Sequence record: LR745208.1
Length of the DNA: 64,000 bases
Strand: one strand, 5' to 3'
Below are positions 42,506 through 53,200 of this stretch, piece by piece. Position 1 is the stretch's first letter, and each line of letters opens with the position of its first letter. Made by a program: the position numbers and the translations under genes. The notes beneath the pieces were generated by a model, which was not told where the DNA came from, did not search any database, and worked only from the letters and a program-made list of their open reading frames with translations.

Positions 42506-44241
42506 CAGTCGGCCAGATATCCTACCAGGAAAAAGACCGGACCTGGAAAATTGCGTGTGAGCCTCATGTTATGGTTCGGCTCAAACGAGTGTTTGAGCGC
42601 ATTGCCAAGAGCCAGCACGGGTATGTGACTTTGGGGGATACCCCAGAGAATGCCAGAGAATTAGAGTGGTTCATAGCCCGCTATCCCATGGAGGTAGCAG
42701 ACCCGGAATACCTGACCCAAAGGGCAAACGCCCACAGGGAACGGGAGGCCATGATCCATCGGACTTTGGATCTCAACTATGAACCAACGCAATTCGAATT
42801 AGCCATTCCTGCCAGGGATTACCAACGAAGGGCCGCGGATCTCCTCCTCAAGAGTGGGGGGCTACTTTTAGCGGACGATGTAGGTATAGGTAAGACGGTA
42901 TCCGCCATCTGTGCTTTTACGGATACCCGAACCCTCCCCGCAGTGGTCGTGACCCTGACTCACCTCCCCTCGCAATGGAAGAGTGAGCTGGCCAAATTTG
43001 CCCCCAAGCTCAAAACCCATATCATCCAGACAGGGAAGCTCTATGATATCCGTGCCAAGGATGGTTCCTTCCCCGATGTAATCCTCATAAATTACCACAA
43101 GTTGAACACATGGGCCGACACTTTGGTATCCACGTTCAGGGTCAAGAGCCTTATCCTAGATGAGTGCCAGGAACTGCGGCACGGGAGTAGCAATAAGTAT
43201 TCTGCCGCCCGGCATATTTCCGAAAACTGTAGTTATCGCGGTGGGTTATCGGCCACTCCCTTCTATAATTATGGGGCAGAGATGTTCAATGTGATGGAGA
43301 TTCTTCAACCTGGATGCTTAGGAACCCCCGCTGAATTTTCCAGGGAATGGTGCGGAGGGAACATCCACTATCAGGAAAAGGTATCCATCAAGGACCCCAG
43401 GGCATTTGGCATGTACCTACGGGAACAGGGCCTTATGCTCCGACGGACCCGCAAAGAGGTGGGACGGGAACTTCCCCCGTTGACCAAGGCAATCCACACA
43501 ATCGATGCCGACCTGGACGAGATTCAAAAAATATCGAGCTCCGCAACGGAACTGGCCAAGATCATCCTGGCTCAAAAGGGGTTCACTGAGAAGGGGCAGA
43601 AGTTCCTTGCAGCTGAGGAGTTCTCCGTCAGACTCCGGCAAGCGACCGGAATCGCCAAAGCAGCCTACGTCGCTGAATTCGTCAAGATCCTGGCTGAAAG
43701 TGGCGAGAAGATAGTTCTCTATGGTTGGCATAGGGACGTGTACGCGATATGGAAAGAGAAGCTCCGGGACCTCAATCCCGTCTTCTACACGGGCAGTGAA
43801 TCCACCACCCAGAAGGAAGCCTCCAAGAAAGCTTTCATTGAGGGGGATGCTAGGGTCCTCATCATGTCGCTCCGGGCTGGAGCCGGATTAGACGGGCTCC
43901 AGGGGCATTGCAGTCTGGTGGTGTTTGGGGAAATTGACTACTCCCCCGGAGTCCATGAGCAAGCCATTGGAAGAGTGTATCGAGATGGCCAAGAGGATTC
44001 CGTTACCGCCTACTTCCTGATCTCAGAGTCAGGCAGTGATCCAATCATTGCCGACATCTTAGGGCTCAAGGCATCCCAGATTCAAGGGGTCAAGGATCCT
44101 ACAGCCGACATCATTGAGAATCTGGATGTTGGGGGCCGGGACATTAAGAGATTGGCTGAGTCCTTCCTGAAACAGGTTGGGACATATGACAAGGTAATGG
44201 CGGATCTGGCCACCATGAAGCCATTGAAAAATACGCCTTAG
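42502..44241 (+). CDS. SNF2-family helicase
   Basis: LLADDVGIGKT, ILDECQ, LSATP and EQAIGRVYRDGQ motifs. Confidence 0.92.
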   Translation: MTVGQISYQEKDRTWKIACEPHVMVRLKRVFERIAKSQHGYVTLGDTPENARELEWFIARYPMEVADPEYLTQRANAHREREAMIHRTLDLNYEPTQFELAIPARDYQRRAADLLLKSGGLLLADDVGIGKTVSAICAFTDTRTLPAVVVTLTHLPSQWKSELAKFAPKLKTHIIQTGKLYDIRAKDGSFPDVILINYHKLNTWADTLVSTFRVKSLILDECQELRHGSSNKYSAARHISENCSYRGGLSATPFYNYGAEMFNVMEILQPGCLGTPAEFSREWCGGNIHYQEKVSIKDPRAFGMYLREQGLMLRRTRKEVGRELPPLTKAIHTIDADLDEIQKISSSATELAKIILAQKGFTEKGQKFLAAEEFSVRLRQATGIAKAAYVAEFVKILAESGEKIVLYGWHRDVYAIWKEKLRDLNPVFYTGSESTTQKEASKKAFIEGDARVLIMSLRAGAGLDGLQGHCSLVVFGEIDYSPGVHEQAIGRVYRDGQEDSVTAYFLISESGSDPIIADILGLKASQIQGVKDPTADIIENLDVGGRDIKRLAESFLKQVGTYDKVMADLATMKPLKNTP

Positions 44242-44285
44242 CCCAGGACCGCAATATCGAGGCATTCAGCGTATAGTGACAACGC

Positions 44286-47200
44286 ATGAATGATTTTCTA
44301 GGACAGGTCCTCCCTGGTGCACGAACCAGCCCCAGCAATGCCTCTACCACGGATGCCGCGGATTCCGGTGTCTCCCGTGGCGTCTACTCTATTGCTGGGA
44401 CTACCACGGAACTTCAGGGGGACAGGTATCGAGCCACTCTCTTGGACAGCGGTGAGACCACTGAATACCTGCTTTGGGCTGAGACCTCAGGTCCCCTGGC
44501 TGTAGCTCCGGGAACAGATCACACAGATGGTACAGCCACAATCCCCGCGGGGAGTCTTACCGTAATCGACACATCAGTCCCCACCACAGGTATCCGCACG
44601 GACGGTACCAATCAGGTGCTTGTTACGGATAATGGGGGTCGTACCCTTGCGGCAATACAGTCCCTTACCTACACCCGTCCCGGTCTTGGCACCCCCGCCA
44701 CATTCACCCTTGGAGGGGCGGATTACACCTTTGACCCCCTCTCAGGAGTCCTCACCCTTCTAGATACAGGTGCCGTCAGAGCAGCCGTCAATGTTGCGGG
44801 TCCTGACCCTGTGGCAGTCAGTGCCTCCCGGGGTGACCAATTCACGGCCACCCACTACACGCTGTCCACAGCTCTATTTTCCTGGACCCGCAACGATTCC
44901 ACTGGAACCAGATTTGGCTGGAATGCTGGCCACCGCAAATGGGAGTTGTTCCGGGGGAAGACACCAACTTCTCTCGGGTTGCTGTCCTCCTCTGCATCTG
45001 CCAAGTATGCTCTGACCCCGGTTCCCACAACACCCGTGGGGCAGTACCTTCCAGGGTCAACCACTACCAGCCAATATTCCAGTGTTCGATTGGGTGCACT
45101 GCCTAACGAGTCCAGCTATCCAGTTGTGTTTCGGACCGTAGGGCCCCCCTTCTCCGGCCTACTGGTGGTCACAGATGATCTGGCAAACTCCTCCTACGAT
45201 TTTGCCTCCACGACCCCACCCCTGGCAGGCGTCGTTGGAGCCAACTCGGGCACCCTTGCCTGGAACCCCACCTTTGTTCAAGCCCATGAGGGTGAGGAAG
45301 TCTGGTACTCCCCACAGAACTTCACGGAGTCCTCAACAGGGACAGTGGGACTCCTTACTGACGCCACGCATTTCATTGCTCCAGTGCCAGGACCTACTGA
45401 ACGCCCAATCATCCGACTTGGCAACCGGGCCCCCCTAACGGTACTTCTAGCGGCCACAGAAGCGGCCCTGACAGCTCTCTCAGTGCCCTCAGGTTCCGTG
45501 GGGATAGCCCTATCCACAGGCAAACTCAAGTTTGCTACTGCGGACATTGACAAGGCTGACCCTGGCACACGGGCAGTCCCTAATCCATCCTTTGATCCCC
45601 TGTACCTCAACGTTCAAGTACGGTATGACGGAATAGCTGGCAATCTGTACCCCCAGCCCATTAAGGCCCCCGTTCAGTTGGTGAACATTGATGGGATCTC
45701 TGTTGCCTCATTTGACACAACCACAGAGGTCTTCATTCCAGATGCCAAGGGGTTAGGCACAGGTCTCTCCGGAATTCTCAATGTGCCTGATGGCACAGGC
45801 AACCCGCCAGATCTAACAGCTGCCATTGGCCCACGGCCCGGAGATTCCGGGGTGGTGCGTCGATTGTCATCTGGTTTCGGAGATGTCTACCTGTTCTCCG
45901 ATAATGGCATCATCGCCAAGGTTCTCACGGTAAACTTTGAAGATGAGTTGGAGCAACTGGGTGCACTGTATGATACTGGGCTCCCCCCCGAAGAGATTCT
46001 GCCCACCAAAGCATATTCGGTCCCCCTTGACACAGTGTATGTGGCCTTGGATCAAAGGTCCTCTATTTCAGGTTCCAAAGTCCTGCTAGGCTCCTCCTTG
46101 TCACAAAGCCTGATTGGGCAGACCCTATATTTTGTACAAGCCGAGTTGCTACCCAGTATCTACCCTGACACAGCCCGTCTCTATTCCCGCATCCGAGACT
46201 CCTATACTCTCGATGGAACTGAGTCCCTGGCTTTTTCGATTGACGGCACTAGTGTGACCTGGAATGCCTCCGCTCTGGGGGCAGGTACCTATACCCCCAC
46301 TCAGATTGCAACCAGCCTTGGAACAGCCGTCACCGGGGCTGGAGCGACAGGCAGTGCGGGAGTCCTCTCGGGCTATGTCTATATCCAGTCAAACACTCCT
46401 ACTACGGGTCAGGTCCAAATCCTCTTCTCTCTCTCGGGATGTAGAGTTTTGGGATTCCCTCCAGGATGGGATGTCACCAACCCGATTGCTGGGGATCACT
46501 CAGCTACTGACGGCAACTGGCTGCCCGATACAGGGCTTGAATTCGGACTCCGCCGAAGCCCACAGAATTTGGACGGGTCACAACCCATCTCCGATGTGAG
46601 GAGCACTTACCGGGTAACCGATGAGATCCTGGCCAATGATATCTCTTCCATTCCCTATCAGCTCTTGAGCTACCCACCACGGGAAGACATTGCGGGATAT
46701 GACGTTGGAGTATTTTTCCGCCTATCCGCTCAAGGCAAACCTGGGGCATCGCCTTCTCTTCGCGCCTCCCTGGCCCCATTCGAGGACGTTCTCTATGAGT
46801 TTGACAAGTCCCGCTTCGGGTGGCTGTCCTCCCGCTCTTTCGTGGGCCAACTAGAATCCCCAGCTACCTCCCTGGACCTGGGGGTCCAAGGCGTAGTTGG
46901 AGCCACCTTCTATGCTGCCATGGGTGGCTTGCTCAAGATATCCGCCACAGGTGAAGCCGCCACCTACCGCGAGCTAGATACAGATTTTCTGGTCCCAGAA
47001 GGCAGTGGTTCTGCCCTCCTTATTGGTCGTATCGGTCCTGAAGTCCTCAAGGGTTCTCGTGGGCGTTTCACAGCAGGTGGGTCAGTTCTCACGGACACAT
47101 CTGTTACCTTCACCGGCACCGCACAAATAGGCTATCGGGTCAAAGCCATATCAGGAAACGATCAAGGCTCCTACACGGTCACATCAGTTGGAGCCACCAC

Positions 47201-50200
47201 CCTTGGAGTGTCACCGCCGTTTGTGAATGGAGACGGGAGCCAAAATGTCTCCTGGGTCCTTTATAGCAATGTCGCCCCAGGCGATGTAGACCCTTCCGTC
47301 ATTGCGGACATCGTCTATGAGGACTTCAGCCCCCTACCCAATGAGCCTTTTGAGGTTCGTGTTCTTACCCTTCTAGGAGTGGCCGGGGGGGCCCTTGACC
47401 CCCTTGATGTCCCCACCGTCAACTCTGGCCAATCCCTCACCATTCGCTTTGACCGTACTGGAGCTGACATCCCCGTTACGGTGCTCACCAGTACCCCCCT
47501 TGGAACGATGGTCAATGGGTCACTCATCATTCCCAGCACAGGAGCCAGATTCACCACTGGGTCCTTCACCGTCCAAGTAGGTACCAGAACCTTCGTTCAA
47601 GGCACGGATCTTCTCCCTGTGGCAGCCTTCTCCCCTGACCCCGGGGCAAACATTGAGTACCTCACTGTAGGTGTGATAGGGGAACTCAAATTTGGCAGCA
47701 CAGTGCTGGCAGATTTTGACTCCGCTCAGGTGACCTACCTGCAAACCGTTCTACCTGCTGCCAGCATTGGAACGAGCACCGCAGAAGTAGACCCCAACAC
47801 TGGGGAACTGGGCCTGTCAAGTGTGGATCTTGCCGCCAACGTCGACAAGAACGTCTATGTTGCAGTTCTACAGGAATTGGAGAACGTCTACATTAACCCC
47901 ATCCTGGGATCCTTCACCTTCGTCAGACCCTTGAAGGCTGGGCAGCTCGTTGAGGCCCAATATTACCGGGCAGTGCCAGACTCGGGAGCTTTATTCCTGG
48001 ACAGCACTGGGGCTACTGTGCAAGTCAGGGAATTCCTCCCCTTGTATGTCCGTCGGGAGCTAGCCACACGAGTTTCCGATCGCCTGTATAGCTTCAATCC
48101 AACCAGTCGAACAACTGAGTCGACCGTTGAGGCCCAGGTTTATGTTGACACCAAGCTAGTGTCCTATGGGGTTCCATCTGGGGTAGTAGTCACATGGACC
48201 AACAACACCCTTTCTTTGAAGCAGCCCGTAGACGTTACCTCTAGAGTAATGATCAGCTATGCCGTCTACGAGGCATTTGGGGGCGAGACCTCATACACAG
48301 TATCTCAGGCCCCTGTATGGAGGCCACCCTTCAACATTGCCAAGAATCAGGGCACCCTAAGTTTCATTGGGAACAGAACCTCCACGATCACTCTGGGTAA
48401 GCAACTTCGCGTTGGGGGGTTCCTTACGTACGTTCGTGCTGCCACGTACGTCTCCGCCTCAGATAGCACCACAGTCACGATTTTCCCAGCTCCCGCCACA
48501 AATGCAGGCACCCTGGCCCCAAGTGAGACCCCACTCACTTTCCTGACCGACCGGCCCGTGACCCCCCTCATTGATCCCACAGGGGCTACCCCCACCGCTG
48601 TTCCCAGTGCGGATGCTGGGTTTCTACCAGAACTTACGGTACTAGCTGGATTGGCCAGTATCCCCGTATTTCAGACGGTAGCAGTAGGGGATACAACTGT
48701 TCAATTTGAGGGTGACTTCACCCGGTACATGCTGGCCGGGTTCATGCTGGAGATGTTTGGGATCCCGTTCTTGATTGTCAAATCAGAGCTCACTCCCGAT
48801 GGCCGATACACGACCGTCACCTTCGGGTCTCCCTCCCCGATGGAATTCGTGTGGTCCGTGGCCCTCCCTGCCAATCGTATTCGAGTGTCCGCCAGACCGG
48901 TCTATCCAAGCGGAGCATCGACGTTCCTAGGTCCAGGAGGATTCCTTCCCACGGAACCCTATGAGGTTGTCCTCTATGGTGAGATGGATGGGGCTACCTT
49001 GCTACCTGGACGAACACTCGTCGAGGGAAGAGACTTCAACATTGACACCAACTCGGGCCATATTTCCTTCCTGGCCCCAAGGCTAACAGGACTTGCATCC
49101 CTTCAATCCCTGAAGTTCTATCGGACTGACGTAACCACCCTCTCCCCAGGTATCTACCGCGGAGCCGTTCAATACCCACGGGTCTCGGCAACATTTAGCT
49201 ACCTTGATCCCCCCTCAGAAGCCAATGGGCGTATCCATGGGATCCTACAGGGGACATTCACGTTTGATTCGCCCGACAGCTTCTATGCCCGTTCCGTCCC
49301 CCTATCTCAATACATCTCGGAGACCGCAGCGTCACTTACCAGCAATGCAAGTGCCCAATTGCCAGGAAGCAACCCCGCTGTGGGTGGATTTCAGTCACCG
49401 GCCCCATCCGCACAAGGGCTCACAGGCATCGTTTCACAACGGCAGGATCTGGTCTCCAGGGATAGGGTAACCCGTACCTTCCTGAGATACTTCAATGGGC
49501 TAGTCACTTCTTTTGAGCAGGTGCTGGAGACCCTAAGTGGCAATCCAATTGGGGATCGGGATGGGAAACTACGTTTGTGGATGGGCACAGGAGACCAATG
49601 GGTGCCCCCTGGATATGAAGACGCCATCACTGGTGCAGTCAATGACCGCAACGTGTGGTTTGACGTGTGGATGTCCTACCGCACAGGTCTGCCAACCATT
49701 CGGCTCATCGCGGCTGACCCAATTCTTGACCCCCTAACCGCCACCACCGATTCCAAAGGGCGCCCCACTGGCAATGCCCTGCACCCGCAGGCTATGAGTT
49801 TCCTGATGGGGCTGCAACCCAAAGGAATCAAAAATGACGTGGATGACGTCGTGCTCACGGGACTGCGGGGTACTACAACAACTCTTGCAGGATTCGTCTA
49901 CTTCCAAACGACATCCTACGGCACCTACCAGGGTCTCGGGGAAGCCTCCCCGTTCTCTCGCCTATTTGGGGAGAGAACCACAGCCTTCACGACTACAGAA
50001 CCCGGACTTGGAGCCACCACCACGGGAAACAACGGGGTCTACTCAGCTGGCAAAATCATGGGGGATCTGTTCAATGGTGGGTTGACCATTCAATCCACCA
50101 ACGGGAAAGTCATCGCCAGATTGGCCAACCCAGTCCGGGGGGCAATTACCAATGTCCTTGGAGTAGAAGTCAAGGATCGACTGGCAAGAGCCAGGATCCT

Positions 50201-53200
50201 TGCGTACTCCCCAACAGGTTTCCCTACTGTAGACGCTGGGTCCACAGGGTTCCCCAGTATTCTAGCCACGGTTCTTCCGTTGGACCAATTGCCCCTACTA
50301 CCAGATGGATTGCCAGACATCTCGCAACTAGCGTCTGTACCCCCTACGTCCCTAGCCAAGCTTCCCGACCTGAACACAGGGGACCCTACCCTTCACACTC
50401 CGCCCTTCAAAGCTGGGGACCAGCTGGCTTTTGGTACCCCCAATGGCTCTGTCTACCAGCTCGGGTACACCGGGACTCCAATCCCTGTTGGCACTGGGTT
50501 CCAATATGCAGGGATATTCGTTGACAGCATCCTGCAAGGATGTTTGATCATCCTCAAGAGCAAAGACCTTGCTGGTGTGGATGTCCAGATCACCGTTCCC
50601 ACATCTCTGGTACTTCTTTCAGCACCCACGGTGGGGGCACCCTTCACGGCGGAACGCGGGGACAGCTTGTTCGTGGTCCCCACAACAGGGAGGCCCATTA
50701 CCCTATCTGACCCTCCTACAACCGCTCAACTCGACAGCCTTGTCGGATCCCTGCCATCCTATCGAACGGGCACAGACATCAACTTCATTCCCCGAACGGG
50801 AGAGTTGACCGATGCTACGCTCCCCTCATTCAGTGATCCCAACATCTTCGGCCTGAAGGAACTTCTGGGGCAACGTCCCCCATCCCCATTGTCGAACCTT
50901 GAGGCCCAAGTCTCTTTCCAAAATGGGGATGTGCTTCCATCCAATATCCCCGCCCTCCAAGGGGAAAGCAAACTGGATTCTGGAGACTACTCCCTGCCCT
51001 ACTACGGTATCAACAACACCGAACTGGATGTGTTGGGAGAGGTGCTTCCAATAGGGATTGATCTCATCACCCTGGACAGCATTGACCCAGTCGTGGATAA
51101 CCCCCCACCCATTGGGTACCCAGTCTACGCAGTTGAGGCGGTCTATCCCGATGAAATTCTAGACAATGCTGGAATTGTTGACTCCACGGACCCCGACTAC
51201 CCATCTGCAATTCTTACCACACAGGATCTACAGCCTTCGGCGGCTGTGTACCCCGCCCCAGGCCACAAAGGGGTTGGGACAGTCGACCGATATGATCTGG
51301 TCTTGATAGAGGAAGCCACCGGGTCCGCTCTTCCTCTGGGCTCTACGGGCATCTTCTCAGTAGGAGATGTGACCCATGGGGCGACGAGTGTCATTGAGCC
51401 CCCAAGGTTTGTGTCCGCAACCACGGTAGGCCTACGGCACTCCCTGGCCATCAACAATATCCAAGCATGGTTTGACCAGACCCATGTAACTGGAATCATG
51501 ATATCTGAAGATACCACTGTCCCCGGCAACATTGTCACTACTTTTACCCTCCCAGGCGTTCCTACCACACAGATAGTATGGGACAACGGGTTGGGCGGAG
51601 GTGCCCTGGCTCCTCCCGTGGGTGGATTCAATGACTACTTCCGGTTGGCTGACAAACCAACTACAGCCACCATCAAAGTCATTGACCCAGTTACCAATAA
51701 CTTTGTCCCGGGAGCATATGCCACTTTCTTCCTGGAAACTGTAAATCCAGCTGATGTCAGGCTCTGCACATTCAGTGCTGACGGTTCCCTCTTTGCCCCT
51801 ACAGCGGCCGTGTTTTTGTCTGGGTTTGGGGCACAAACCCTTGTGGTAACCAGTATTGCACCCTTCTTCAACTTTGCCGCTTATCCGAGCACCACCGTGG
51901 GAGCTGTCACTACGCTGGATTATCCCATGGAGTTTGCAATTGACATTGACAGCACTCACACCCTCACCTTCGCAATTGAGGGGGACCGACTTACCCTCTC
52001 CGGACCCATTGACCCACGTACAGCATATCCTCGTGGATCCCTCACCACTGGGGGGGATCCAGTTCAATGTGAGCTTTCCACAAGAGATAGTCTCACATCC
52101 ATATACAGCACCCTAGCAGGCACTTTCGTCACCACCTTCTCCTCAGCCAATCACATCAGTCAGGTGAATGGCAACCTTCCCTTCACCTTCCTTTCCAGGT
52201 CAGGAATCCTACCCAATGGAATTGGTTCCATGAGCGGTGGGGTTGGTCAACTCAAAGTAATGGGATTTGAGGAATATGGAAGCGTGGCAATTGACTCCAC
52301 AGGTATCACATTCTCTGCCCTGACATCTTCCCGGCAAGATGCCTTGAACGGAGCAATACTCAATGCAGTGGCCATATCCGACCAAAAAGATGATGCCGGA
52401 GTGGCCTACAAGCCCGCCAGGGACAATCGATTCATTCTTCCTGGGGGGGCTGGCCCCTTGCCTGCCCCTCTTCCTGCCAGTGCTGTGATCAAGGGTGACG
52501 TTGATAGAGTCCTGCCCGGGGATACCCTGGTTGTGCACGGGTTCTATGACGACGGGACCTACACCTACCCCCTATCCTCCGGGAAGGCCGGTACCCATTT
52601 GGTTCGAGGGACCATCAAATCCACAGACATCGTTGCAACCCCCTTTGAACATAGGGATACCTATGCAATGGTCACAGGGGACCCCAATGGAGGGTGGTTG
52701 GATTTCGAGTTCCCAACCGTCACAGGAGTTGTCTCGGGGGCCACCCTTGATTTGGTAGTAACAGAGATCCTGGCCCTAACGTCTCTCAAGGATTGGGCCG
52801 GTGCCCCTATCGCCCAGACCCACACTTTCCCCAGTGCAGGCAAGGTGTTCATCATCCTCGATGAGGCGAAACTACTGGACCCTGCCTCTGGAGTCTACAA
52901 AGAAGCCATCTACAGTGCAGACTATGCCTCAATGGTTCCTGGCACAGGCACTTTCGTCGACCTCACCAACTACAAAAATGGGATCGGGGTAGGCATTGGA
53001 GCTGGGCAATTCACAGCGGCCATTGCAAACGGGATGAAGGTCTCGGGTATGACCATTGTACCCGTAAACCCTCATGGCACAGGTATCCCCGAGAATCTCC
53101 CGGGCTACACCAGCATTATAGCCCCCGACCCCATAGCTATATTTGGGTTCCGCGCCATCCAAGCCCTTGGACCCTCAGCGGTTCCCCTTGGCTGGGCCGC

